Notes: a model not told the origin generated them from the letters alone. 64,000 bases of DNA from an uncultured Methanoregula sp. (GCA_964409915.1 CAYPEQ010000007.1:3386-67385), one strand, 5' to 3'; positions 46,701 through 55,513 are shown, numbered from the stretch's first letter. Program-made: numbers and translations.

Positions 46701-46709
46701 CCTTTTTTT
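46701..46709 (+). terminator. Oligo-T tract (CCTTTTTTT) after the encapsulin gene
   Basis: A T7 run begins 9 nt after the stop. Archaeal terminators are typically oligo-T. Confidence 0.45.
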
Positions 46710-46733
46710 AAGAGATCAGTGTAATAACCTGAC

Positions 46734-47120
46734 ATGAATACCCGTACCTGCTCTCTTTGTGTATCGGTGCTTTTTCTTGCGATAGCACTTGTCTTTGGCG
46801 CTGGCTGTCTCAGTACCACGAATGTAGAAGACAACGCCGCCGGTCTCATTCATACGCATTACCAGTACCAGGATTCATGGTCACCGGAATATGGCTGCTA
46901 CGATGACCTTACTGGGTACGTCTATAACACCGGGAACGTTTCTACGGATAACCTGAAACTCGATTTCAACCTGGTAAACACCGGAACCGGAACCATCAGG
47001 GACTCACGATCCATCTATATCGGGAATCTTGGACCGGGGCAGACGCAAAACTACGAAACCATTCTTGACGGCGAATGCTCGCAGGATTACCGGGTTGACA
47101 TTGCATTCGAAAATCCCTAG
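46734..47120 (+). CDS. Small secreted lipobox protein, function unknown
   Basis: The signal is SVLFLAIALVFGAGCLST. The mature part is ~100 aa and beta-rich. Confidence 0.55.
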   Translation: MNTRTCSLCVSVLFLAIALVFGAGCLSTTNVEDNAAGLIHTHYQYQDSWSPEYGCYDDLTGYVYNTGNVSTDNLKLDFNLVNTGTGTIRDSRSIYIGNLGPGQTQNYETILDGECSQDYRVDIAFENP

Positions 47121-47129
47121 ATGAAGCAG

Positions 47130-47783
47130 TTATGGTTGGTATGCAAGCGGATCCCTGATACCAGCCTGTGCAAACGCTTCGAGCCTTTCCGTGCAGGCAC
47201 CGCATTTCCCGCAGGAGAGGTCTTCACCTTTGTAGCATGACCAGGTATCTGCATATTCCACACCGAGCCCAATTCCTTTTTTAACAATGTCGCCTTTGGA
47301 GAGCCATAAATAAGGCACACTGAGTACGAGATCGTGCCAGTCGCAAAGGTGTAACGCTGTGGTCATAGCACTCACAAACGCCGGCCGGCAATCAGGGTAA
47401 ATCGCATGATCTCCAGCGTGTGCCGCGTAAAACAGGTTTTTTGCACCTATACCGATAGCGTAAGCAGCTGCAAGGCTCAAAAAGATCATGTTCCGGTTGG
47501 GGACCACCGTCTGCTTCATGGTATCTTCAGCATAATGGCCTTCGGGGACCTTCCAGGTGTCCCGGGTCAGGCTCGAGGGGGCAAGATCGTTTAAGACTGG
47601 AAGGTTGACAAGGGTATGAGGGACATGCAGTTTTTTACAGGTCTTTTCTGCGCACCGGATCTCCTTTTTATGCTTCTGGGAATAGTCAAAGGTGACCGCC
47701 GCAACCTCGTATCCCTGATCGATGAGATCGTACAGAAGAGTAGTGCTGTCCATGCCCCCGGAAAAAATAAGTACTGCCTTCAT
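47130..47783 (-). CDS. queC: 7-cyano-7-deazaguanine synthase
   Basis: MKAVLIFSGGMDSTTLLY, VPNRN, and the C-terminal zinc site CYKGEDLSCGKCGACTER. Confidence 0.9.
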   Translation of the reverse strand: MKAVLIFSGGMDSTTLLYDLIDQGYEVAAVTFDYSQKHKKEIRCAEKTCKKLHVPHTLVNLPVLNDLAPSSLTRDTWKVPEGHYAEDTMKQTVVPNRNMIFLSLAAAYAIGIGAKNLFYAAHAGDHAIYPDCRPAFVSAMTTALHLCDWHDLVLSVPYLWLSKGDIVKKGIGLGVEYADTWSCYKGEDLSCGKCGACTERLEAFAQAGIRDPLAYQP

Positions 47784-47923
47784 TGTTGTATCCTTTCCCT
47801 GCTAACCGTTATATTCACGAGCTATATCAAGGAAACGCCGGGCCTCGTGGCAGTAAAAAGAGACAGGCACCTAAAAAGCATATCATTACAAACAACGAAA
47901 ATATAATTCGGGAGTCACCAGAA

Positions 47924-49570
47924 ATGGCCGGTCCATACCTGAAAAGCGGCGAATCTATCATCCTGACAACGGATCGGGTGCTCATTGATGATGTTGAGTA
48001 CGACCTGATCCTTACAAGCCACCGGCTTGCCTTAGTTGACAGCGGCCATTTCAATGAACAGCCACAGGTTGTCCCATTTGACACGATAATATCGGTTAAA
48101 GGCGGAACCACACCGGCACGGGAACCTTGCATCACTATCGCCGTCGTCGACCCGGCTGACATCGATAATGAAAAGACCCTTAAACTTATCTTCACCCAGC
48201 AACCTTACCAGGACCGGGCCGCGGAATGCGATCTCTGGGTAAAAAAATTGATCGAGCATATCGTTTCGGTCCGTCACGAACCGGCACCGGCAGGTAAACA
48301 ACCGGTCGACGTAAAAGCCGAGGGCACACATGCTACCATCCGCCGGTATGTCGCTCCTGAAAAGATTCGGCCCCATTCGGATGTACCCCTGATCAGAAAA
48401 CCATCAGAGGAGTTATTGTCAGCGTTACAGAAAACGGCACAGGAAAAGTATGACCACGCACCGGTTGAACCCGGGCAGTCTGAACAACCTGACATTGAGG
48501 TTACTTCAGAACCTGAACGCGAAGGGGAATTACCGTCACCAGATCTCTTACCAGAAGAGGAAAGCATTGACATCACACCGATAGCCAAAACATCACCCCA
48601 TGATGAAGGCATCCATTTCAAAAGGGAGAGCCACTCTGAGGAAACAGCCGGGCAGCCAGCCCCGGAAGTTCCTTTAACAGAAAAGATTCCTGAAGAGACA
48701 AGGGAATCAGAAGAACAGTCATCTCCGTTAATTGCAGAGGAAAGCCTGAGTATAAAAGTCCCGGATCTGCGGGATCAGGAACAACGCCGCCCCGAACCGA
48801 TGGACGATATCGAAAAATTTGCCGGTGTATATGCAGACAAGATCCCCGGTCCGGCAGTATCATACGGAGCACTATCGGAACTTGATATACCCGGTGATGT
48901 GCAGGCCGAAGAATCAAAAACTCCTGATGACGAAAGCTCGGAAGGGACGGGTCTACCCGACACAGTGGTTTTCCCGGTACTTTCAGGCAGTGTCAATCAA
49001 GACGAAACGCCAAAAACTCCGGAAAGAAATGCTCCACCAGTACCCATTGAACCCCCCTCTCCGGGAAAGACGGCGGGAAAAAAGCCGGTCGGGATGATTG
49101 TCGCAATTATACTCGTGCTTATCGTTGTCTTTGGAGCAACAGCCATGATTGTTTTGTCCTCTCCTGCGGGAGTGGTAAGCGGTGCAAATAACACGGTCGT
49201 TGTACCAATCGTCACTTCACCTCCAGTTACAACACTTGTACCACAGGAGGTAATGCCTTCACAAGGCGTGTGGGTAAAAGTAACCTATAACGGAACTTAT
49301 CTGGGTGAATACGGGAATCCCGGAGGCCTCATTCTGGTCCGGGGAACCGGAGAACAGTTCTATGCCATTAAAAACAGCAGTGATCTCGTCCAGGCAAGCT
49401 TCCAGAAGATGGACTATTCCGGGGATACACTAACGGTTGACATTTATAATAACGGCTCACTGATCACGGACATCAGCAAAAGTGCCCCGGAAGCAACGAT
49501 AGCGCTGCTCGTTGATCCCAAGACAGGAAAACCCCCGTATGTACCGGTCAGGCAAGAGGGTGTACCGTAA
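47924..49570 (+). CDS. Membrane protein: N-terminal PH/GRAM-like domain, acidic disordered region, one TM, extracellular beta-rich domain
   Basis: ATG 47924 gives MAGPYLKSGESIILTTDRVLIDDVEYDLILTSHRLALVD. A ~230-aa Glu/Pro/Ser-rich segment follows, then the TM MIVAIILVLIVVFGATAMIVL. The longest ORF starts at 47783, inside queC antisense. Confidence 0.55.
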   Translation: MAGPYLKSGESIILTTDRVLIDDVEYDLILTSHRLALVDSGHFNEQPQVVPFDTIISVKGGTTPAREPCITIAVVDPADIDNEKTLKLIFTQQPYQDRAAECDLWVKKLIEHIVSVRHEPAPAGKQPVDVKAEGTHATIRRYVAPEKIRPHSDVPLIRKPSEELLSALQKTAQEKYDHAPVEPGQSEQPDIEVTSEPEREGELPSPDLLPEEESIDITPIAKTSPHDEGIHFKRESHSEETAGQPAPEVPLTEKIPEETRESEEQSSPLIAEESLSIKVPDLRDQEQRRPEPMDDIEKFAGVYADKIPGPAVSYGALSELDIPGDVQAEESKTPDDESSEGTGLPDTVVFPVLSGSVNQDETPKTPERNAPPVPIEPPSPGKTAGKKPVGMIVAIILVLIVVFGATAMIVLSSPAGVVSGANNTVVVPIVTSPPVTTLVPQEVMPSQGVWVKVTYNGTYLGEYGNPGGLILVRGTGEQFYAIKNSSDLVQASFQKMDYSGDTLTVDIYNNGSLITDISKSAPEATIALLVDPKTGKPPYVPVRQEGVP

Positions 49571-49710
49571 CAATTGGCGGTGCATACATCGGGTTCGCGT
49601 TCCCATACAGAGAACAATGCTGCCACCCATTTTCAGTTGAGGAAATCATCGCCTGTCCCGTACCTGAAGATTTTTGAATCTTGCATGCATTGGTAGGTAT
49701 GGTAAGAACT

Positions 49711-51003
49711 ATGGCAATTGACTGGTACAATGAGTTTGTCGATACATCCTATGAACCGGCAAAAGATGATCTTGTCTGCCTTTTTTATTTTGAACCGGCG
49801 GCAGGGATTTCAAACGAAGAAGCAGCCGGCAGGATAGCTTCTGAGAGCTCAACGGGCACATGGACAACTTTGTTTACCATGCCGCCACGGATGAAAAAAC
49901 TCGAAGCAAAGGCATTCTCATTTGACGGCCATTTTGTGAAGGTCGCCTATCCTCTTGAACTTTGGGAGGAAGGTAACGCCGTACAACTGATGAGCGGCAT
50001 TGCAGGGAACATTTTCGGGATGAAAGCCCTCAAGAACCTGCGCCTCCTTGATGCATCGCTTCCTGCTTCATATATTCGCGGTTTTAAAGGACCGCATTTT
50101 GGCATGGACGGGATCCGCAAAATGATGAAAGTAAATGACCGGCCGCTCACCGGAGCCGTCCCAAAACCAAAGATCGGGTTTTCAGCACAGGAACATGCAC
50201 AAATCGGGTATGAGACCTGGATGGGCGGCTTTGATTTTGTCAAAGACGACGAGAATCTTACATCGACCTCGTTTAACCGGTTCGATGACCGGGTAAAATA
50301 TATGACAAAACTGCGGGACAAGGCTGAAAAGGAAACCGGCGAGAAGAAATCAGCATTCTTAAACATCTCCGCTGACGTGGAAACCATGAAAAAGCGAGCC
50401 GATCTCCTGGTGGAGTACGGCTGGAACTACGCGATGATTGACGTAGTAGTCGCTGGAAACGCCAGCGTTATGACCATGCGGGACTACTGTTCTGACCTTG
50501 GCCTTGCGATCCATGCGCACCGTGCAATGCATGCAGCGTTCGACCGGAATAAAAAACACGGCGTGACGATGTTCTTCCTTGCAAAACTTATGCGGCTGAT
50601 AGGAGTATCCCAGATCCACACTGGAACGGCTGTAGGAAAACTGACCGGAACAAAAACCGAGTCTATCCTTCTTGCTGATCTTCTTAGGAAGAAGAAGATT
50701 GCAGAAGTCCCCCACCAATGTCTTGCACAGGACTGGGGATCCATCAAGAATGCATTCCCGGTCTCGTCCGGCGGCCTGCACCCGGGCCTTGTTCCTGACG
50801 TTCTTGATATCTACGGTAAAGACCTCATCCTTCTTGTATCAGGAGGTATCCATGGTCACCCCAAGGGTACCCGGGCCGGCGCAAAAGCAACCATGCAGGC
50901 AATTGAAGCGTGGCAGGAGGGTGTAACACTTGATGACAAGGCTAAAACCGCACGCGAACTGCACGAAGCGCTGAAAAAATGGGGCTATTACAAACCAAAG
51001 TAA
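49711..51003 (+). CDS. rbcL: Ribulose-1,5-bisphosphate carboxylase/oxygenase large subunit, form III
   Basis: Colinear by eye with Thermococcus kodakarensis RbcL: ESSTGTWTT, GAVPKPKIGFS, GGFDFVKDDENLTS (carbamylated Lys), LAIHAHRAMHAA, PVSSGGLHPG and VSGGIHGHP. The likely start is MAIDWYNEF at 49711 (the longest ORF starts at 49681). Confidence 0.93.
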   Translation: MAIDWYNEFVDTSYEPAKDDLVCLFYFEPAAGISNEEAAGRIASESSTGTWTTLFTMPPRMKKLEAKAFSFDGHFVKVAYPLELWEEGNAVQLMSGIAGNIFGMKALKNLRLLDASLPASYIRGFKGPHFGMDGIRKMMKVNDRPLTGAVPKPKIGFSAQEHAQIGYETWMGGFDFVKDDENLTSTSFNRFDDRVKYMTKLRDKAEKETGEKKSAFLNISADVETMKKRADLLVEYGWNYAMIDVVVAGNASVMTMRDYCSDLGLAIHAHRAMHAAFDRNKKHGVTMFFLAKLMRLIGVSQIHTGTAVGKLTGTKTESILLADLLRKKKIAEVPHQCLAQDWGSIKNAFPVSSGGLHPGLVPDVLDIYGKDLILLVSGGIHGHPKGTRAGAKATMQAIEAWQEGVTLDDKAKTARELHEALKKWGYYKPK

Positions 51004-51066
51004 GCAACCGAAGATAGTACTCTATACCAATCCCTTTTTATATCCCGGTCAAATCTCCTTAGCATC

Positions 51067-53022
51067 TTGACAGGGTTCCAGCTCGTCTCTTCCTTTCCGC
51101 CCGCAGGCTCACAGCCGGAAGCAATAGCCCGGCTCAATGACGGCCTTACCGACAACATTCGGTGCCAGACACTCCTTGGGGTTACCGGCTCCGGAAAAAC
51201 GTTTACTATGGCAAATGTGATCGCTGCAGCAGACAAACCGACGCTTGTTATCGCTCACAACAAGACACTTGCCGCCCAGCTGTATCAGGAATTCTGTGAT
51301 TTCTTTCCTAAAAACCGGGTCGAGTATTTTGTCTCGTATTATGACTATTACCAGCCGGAATCGTATATCCCTGCAAAGGACCAGTACATCGAGAAGGACT
51401 CGTCCATTAACCCTAAAATTGAGATGCTACGGCTATCAGCTACTGCCTCGCTTTCCTACCGGCGCGATGTGATTGTCGTCGCTTCAGTCTCCTGCATATT
51501 CGGCCTTGGAAATCCTGAAAACTTCCGGAACCTCGGTTTTGATCTTACCGTCGGCCAGAAAATCTCAAGAAACGAGATCATGAGCCGGCTCCTGGATATC
51601 CAGTTCGAACGTAATGATATTGATCTTTCTCCAGGCCGGTTCCGGGTCAAAGGCGACACCATCGATATTGTCCCGGGTTATTTTAATGATATTATCAGGA
51701 TAGAACTCTTCGGCGACGAGATCGAGCGTATCCGGGAAGTGGACAAAAATACCGGGGCAAAAAAAGAGGAAATGAAATATTTCTACGTTTACCCGGCACG
51801 CCATTTCGTAACACCGGAAAGTGCACAGAAAGCTGCTATCACTTCAATAAAGGAAGAGCTCGATGAAGTACTGCCTACATTAGGGCTGGTTGAAGCGCAC
51901 CGGCTCAGGCAGCGGACGAACTTTGATCTCGAGATGATACGCGAGACCGGTTCCTGCAAAGGGATCGAGAATTACTCCAGGCACTTCGATGGCAGGAAGC
52001 CAGGAGTGAAACCCTATTGCCTTCTCGATTACTTCCCCGATGATTTCCTTATCATTATTGATGAGAGCCACCAGACAATCCCCCAACTGCACGGTATGTA
52101 CAATGGCGATCGTTCACGAAAAGAGACGCTCGTAAACTATGGTTTCCGTCTACCTTCTGCACTTGACAATCGCCCCTTGAAATTTCACGAGTTTGAGCAG
52201 TACATGCGCCAGGTAGTTTTCGTTTCGGCAACGCCGGGACCGTATGAATTAAAGCATTCCACACAGGTGGTTGAACAGATTATCCGTCCAACAGGACTTA
52301 TTGACCCGGCAGTAGAAGTAAGGCCCACTGAAGGCCAGACGCTCGATGTAATAACCGAAGTGAATGAGACCGTTGCTCGCGGCGACCGGGTCCTGATCAC
52401 AACACTTACTAAAAAACTTGCCGAGGAACTTTCCGAGTACCTTGCTGACCGGGGAATCCGCACACGATATCTCCATTCAGAAATTCAGACACTCGAGCGT
52501 ACAGAAATTATCCGCGAACTGCGGCTGGGTAAGTTCGATGTCCTGGTTGGAATTAACCTCCTCCGGGAGGGTCTTGATATCCCGGAAGTGGGGTTTATTG
52601 GCATTTTGGATGCCGACAAGGAAGGGTTCCTCCGCGATGCCCGGAGTCTCATACAGATCATCGGAAGAGCCGCAAGGAACCTGAATGCAAAGGTAGTGCT
52701 TTACGCCGACAATATGACTGATTCGATGAAAACGGCCATCTCAGAGACAAAACGCCGGCGCGAGATGCAGGTCGCTTACAACGAGGAACATCATATTGTC
52801 CCGCAGACGATTATAAAACCGGTAAAAGAGAAAGAAGTCGAGATCAAGGATACAAAACATGTACCAAAAGCCGAGATCCCCAATGTTGTCATCGAACTGG
52901 AAAAACAGATGCGGGATGCTGCGGACAAACTTGACTTCGAGCGGGCTATTGCTTTACGTGAACAGGTAAAAAAACTCAATGAACGACTCAGGGAAAGTGG
53001 AAAACATCGCGGACATGAATGA
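51067..53022 (+). CDS. uvrB: Excinuclease ABC subunit B
   Basis: The TTG start gives MTGFQLVSSFPPAGSQPEAIARL. Also present: GVTGSGKTFTMANVI, the DESH box (IIIDESHQT), helicase C and the C-terminal UVR motif. Confidence 0.95.
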   Translation: MTGFQLVSSFPPAGSQPEAIARLNDGLTDNIRCQTLLGVTGSGKTFTMANVIAAADKPTLVIAHNKTLAAQLYQEFCDFFPKNRVEYFVSYYDYYQPESYIPAKDQYIEKDSSINPKIEMLRLSATASLSYRRDVIVVASVSCIFGLGNPENFRNLGFDLTVGQKISRNEIMSRLLDIQFERNDIDLSPGRFRVKGDTIDIVPGYFNDIIRIELFGDEIERIREVDKNTGAKKEEMKYFYVYPARHFVTPESAQKAAITSIKEELDEVLPTLGLVEAHRLRQRTNFDLEMIRETGSCKGIENYSRHFDGRKPGVKPYCLLDYFPDDFLIIIDESHQTIPQLHGMYNGDRSRKETLVNYGFRLPSALDNRPLKFHEFEQYMRQVVFVSATPGPYELKHSTQVVEQIIRPTGLIDPAVEVRPTEGQTLDVITEVNETVARGDRVLITTLTKKLAEELSEYLADRGIRTRYLHSEIQTLERTEIIRELRLGKFDVLVGINLLREGLDIPEVGFIGILDADKEGFLRDARSLIQIIGRAARNLNAKVVLYADNMTDSMKTAISETKRRREMQVAYNEEHHIVPQTIIKPVKEKEVEIKDTKHVPKAEIPNVVIELEKQMRDAADKLDFERAIALREQVKKLNERLRESGKHRGHE

Positions 53023-53075
53023 TGCGATCGAAGATTCTTAACGATGTGATTTAATAATCTGCGCAGATCTGCCAT

Positions 53076-55121
53076 TTATTCCGTTGACGAATTACCAAAC
53101 CGGTATGCACATTCCGAAATCGTCATTTCGAACCGCGCACCCTTCCCAACTTTTCCGGTTTCCTTGATAGTTATACCTGTAATCGCAAGTATTTCCCGGG
53201 CGAGGAATAAGCCGTAGCCGGTATTTTTTCCAAAACCTCTGGTAAAGATCCGCTCTTTATCCTGCCCGGGAATACCGATGCCGTTATCTTCGAATGCAAG
53301 AACTACTTCTTTTCCTGTCCGTCGGTAGGAAACATGTATTTCTGTGACCCTTTCACCGTGACGAAGCGCATTTTCAATGAGATTGAAAAAAACTTTTTCG
53401 ATGAGAAGATCCGCATAAATCTCAAGATTTCCTGTCTCAATCACAATAGTTATATCCCCGGTATTTGCTGTAGCTAGTACCGAAGATATACAATCTTTTA
53501 CCTGCTTCCACTGAGGCGGCTGAACTCCAACATTCTGGTAGATTCGTGTGAACACGATCTGGCTGTGGATCGTCTTTGCAACATTTTCTTCTTTTTGAAT
53601 CAGGTCGGCAAATTTTTCGTTACCTAACTGTTTTTTCAGGATCCCGATATATCCTTCAAGCATAGTCAACTGATTAAGAATATCATGTCGTGTAATACTG
53701 GTCAAAAGGCTCACTTGTTTATTTGCCTTTTTTATTGCATCTTCGGCGAATTTACGATCGGTGATATCCCGTGCTGATGCATAAAGCATATCTTCACCAT
53801 CGATGGTAACACTGGTTGCAGTAATCTCAACATTACATAAGGATCCATCCTTCCGGTGATGACATGTTTCAAATTCGATACATTTTACCTGCTTTGATTC
53901 AAGTCGCTCGCGTACCTGATTCAGGCTTAATTGTGTATCCCAATCCTTGACATTGAGTGATGCAGCCTCATTTGCAGAATAACCGAGATGGGACAGGAAT
54001 GCATCATTCCATTCGCGGAGATTACCGTTTTTATCAATGATATGAATTGCATCCGTCGACGTTTGCAGCAGCAATTCATAGTGCTTGCTTTTTTGTTCCA
54101 GTTCAGACTCCAGGCGTTTCCTGTCAGTTATATCGGTCATCATACCAAATGAACCGCGAAATTCCCCTGCATTATCTTTTACCGGAGAAGCAGAGACCAG
54201 CATCCAGCATACACTACCATTCTTACGCCGGAACCTGCGTTCGTACGTTTCGCTATTCCCCTCTATTCGCGTATGCATTTTGCTCTCGTGATCCTGGATA
54301 TCTTCCGGGAACAAAAAATCAGCAGCATTCCTGCCAATCAGCTCATCTTGAGAATAACCTAGGATATCTGTCACTTTCCAGTTGGCAAATGTAACATTAT
54401 ACCCGGGATCGACTACCCAGATCCCTTCATTGGCAGTCTCGACAATGCGTCGATAATTTTCCTCACTCTCTTTGAGTGCGTTTTGTACACGGAGATGCTC
54501 CTGTATCTGTTTTTCCAATGCATTGTTGGCTATAACAAGCTCGGTGGTCCGTTCCATCACTCGTTCTTCAAGGGCTACCTGGTACCTCTTCATTTCTGTA
54601 ATATCTTCAAAGATAATACCTACAGCGCGGCTCCCTGCTTCGAACACGAGCGGGATAAATTTCATCAGGAAATACTGAGTTTCACCGGCTTTTTCCATAC
54701 GGAAATCAAAAGTCCTGCCGGATCCATCCAGTGCCTCTTTCAGTAAGGCAAACTGTTCCTTGGAAAAATACGAGGCAAGAGAAGAATGTTCTAATTGCCT
54801 TCCCTTGATATCCTCTTTAGAAACGCTAAAATAAGAAAGAAATGAGTCATTAGCTTCCTGTATAAAGAGATCCTTATCAAGAATGAGAATAAGATCGGAT
54901 GCAAGACTCAGCAGATTAGTCAACGGCAGCCGCTGGGAGAGATAGAACAGCTTAGCGCGTCCCAGTTCCCTTAGATCTGCCTGACCCGACATCACCAGAG
55001 AGTTAAGGTATTTTGCAGCGGTTGCACGGTTGAGGGATAGGTCTTTTGAAACTTCCTCTATAGTCAGGCCTTTTGGGTTAATTTTTAATATATCTTTGAT
55101 ACGATCCAGTTCGTTTTCCAA
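53076..55121 (-). CDS. wHTH - PAS x3 - HisKA - HATPase sensor histidine kinase
   Basis: The N-terminus LTIEEVSKDLSLNRATAAKYLNSLVMSGQADLRELGRAKLFY is a wHTH. Three PAS blocks follow, then the H-box ITRHDILNQ and the ATPase motifs NLIENALRHG, DNGIGIP and GKNTGYGLFLAREI. Confidence 0.85.
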   Translation of the reverse strand: MENELDRIKDILKINPKGLTIEEVSKDLSLNRATAAKYLNSLVMSGQADLRELGRAKLFYLSQRLPLTNLLSLASDLILILDKDLFIQEANDSFLSYFSVSKEDIKGRQLEHSSLASYFSKEQFALLKEALDGSGRTFDFRMEKAGETQYFLMKFIPLVFEAGSRAVGIIFEDITEMKRYQVALEERVMERTTELVIANNALEKQIQEHLRVQNALKESEENYRRIVETANEGIWVVDPGYNVTFANWKVTDILGYSQDELIGRNAADFLFPEDIQDHESKMHTRIEGNSETYERRFRRKNGSVCWMLVSASPVKDNAGEFRGSFGMMTDITDRKRLESELEQKSKHYELLLQTSTDAIHIIDKNGNLREWNDAFLSHLGYSANEAASLNVKDWDTQLSLNQVRERLESKQVKCIEFETCHHRKDGSLCNVEITATSVTIDGEDMLYASARDITDRKFAEDAIKKANKQVSLLTSITRHDILNQLTMLEGYIGILKKQLGNEKFADLIQKEENVAKTIHSQIVFTRIYQNVGVQPPQWKQVKDCISSVLATANTGDITIVIETGNLEIYADLLIEKVFFNLIENALRHGERVTEIHVSYRRTGKEVVLAFEDNGIGIPGQDKERIFTRGFGKNTGYGLFLAREILAITGITIKETGKVGKGARFEMTISECAYRFGNSSTE

Positions 55122-55146
55122 GACATTATCAATCCTAGTCTATTAT

Positions 55147-55160
55147 CTGTTAATTAACAG
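55147..55160. promoter_or_regulatory. Perfect 14-bp palindrome CTGTTAA|TTAACAG in an AT-rich divergent promoter region
   Basis: It lies 26-39 nt upstream of the HTH-kinase ATG (55121). It is followed by short direct repeats (TATTGT x2, CAATAAT x2). Confidence 0.3.
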
Positions 55161-55513
55161 TATTTATTGTTATTGTTAGTTATCAATAATAATCTTCAAT
55201 AATCGTCATTAAACAAAATGTTTAAATATAATTGAGATAAAGTGGATGATCATCTTCAGAACCAAGAAAACGGGTTCTGAGTTTCAACTTTCAAAAAATT
55301 TAGGTGATTGGTGTGCAGGAAAAAACAACTTTCGTAGAAATCCAGGCAAGAAACTCATCTTGCAACATGTCTGTTGAGGCCGATCTGAAGGATTATTTCG
55401 AGATTCTTTATGATCTTCCACAAAAATTCAATGAATACGTCCACACCCCGACAATTCCCTCGTGGCGCTGAAGAGAAAACAGACAAGAACACCAAACTAC
55501 GGAGAGGTACATT

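Noticed and set aside
46694-51039. An identical 14-mer ACCAATCCCTTTTT lies just after the stop codons of the encapsulin gene (46694-46707) and of rbcL (51026-51039).
   Set aside because: Several identical 14-mers are expected by chance among all pairs in 64 kb, and half of the motif is a generic oligo-T terminator. It may be a shared terminator context, but it is not statistically compelling on its own.
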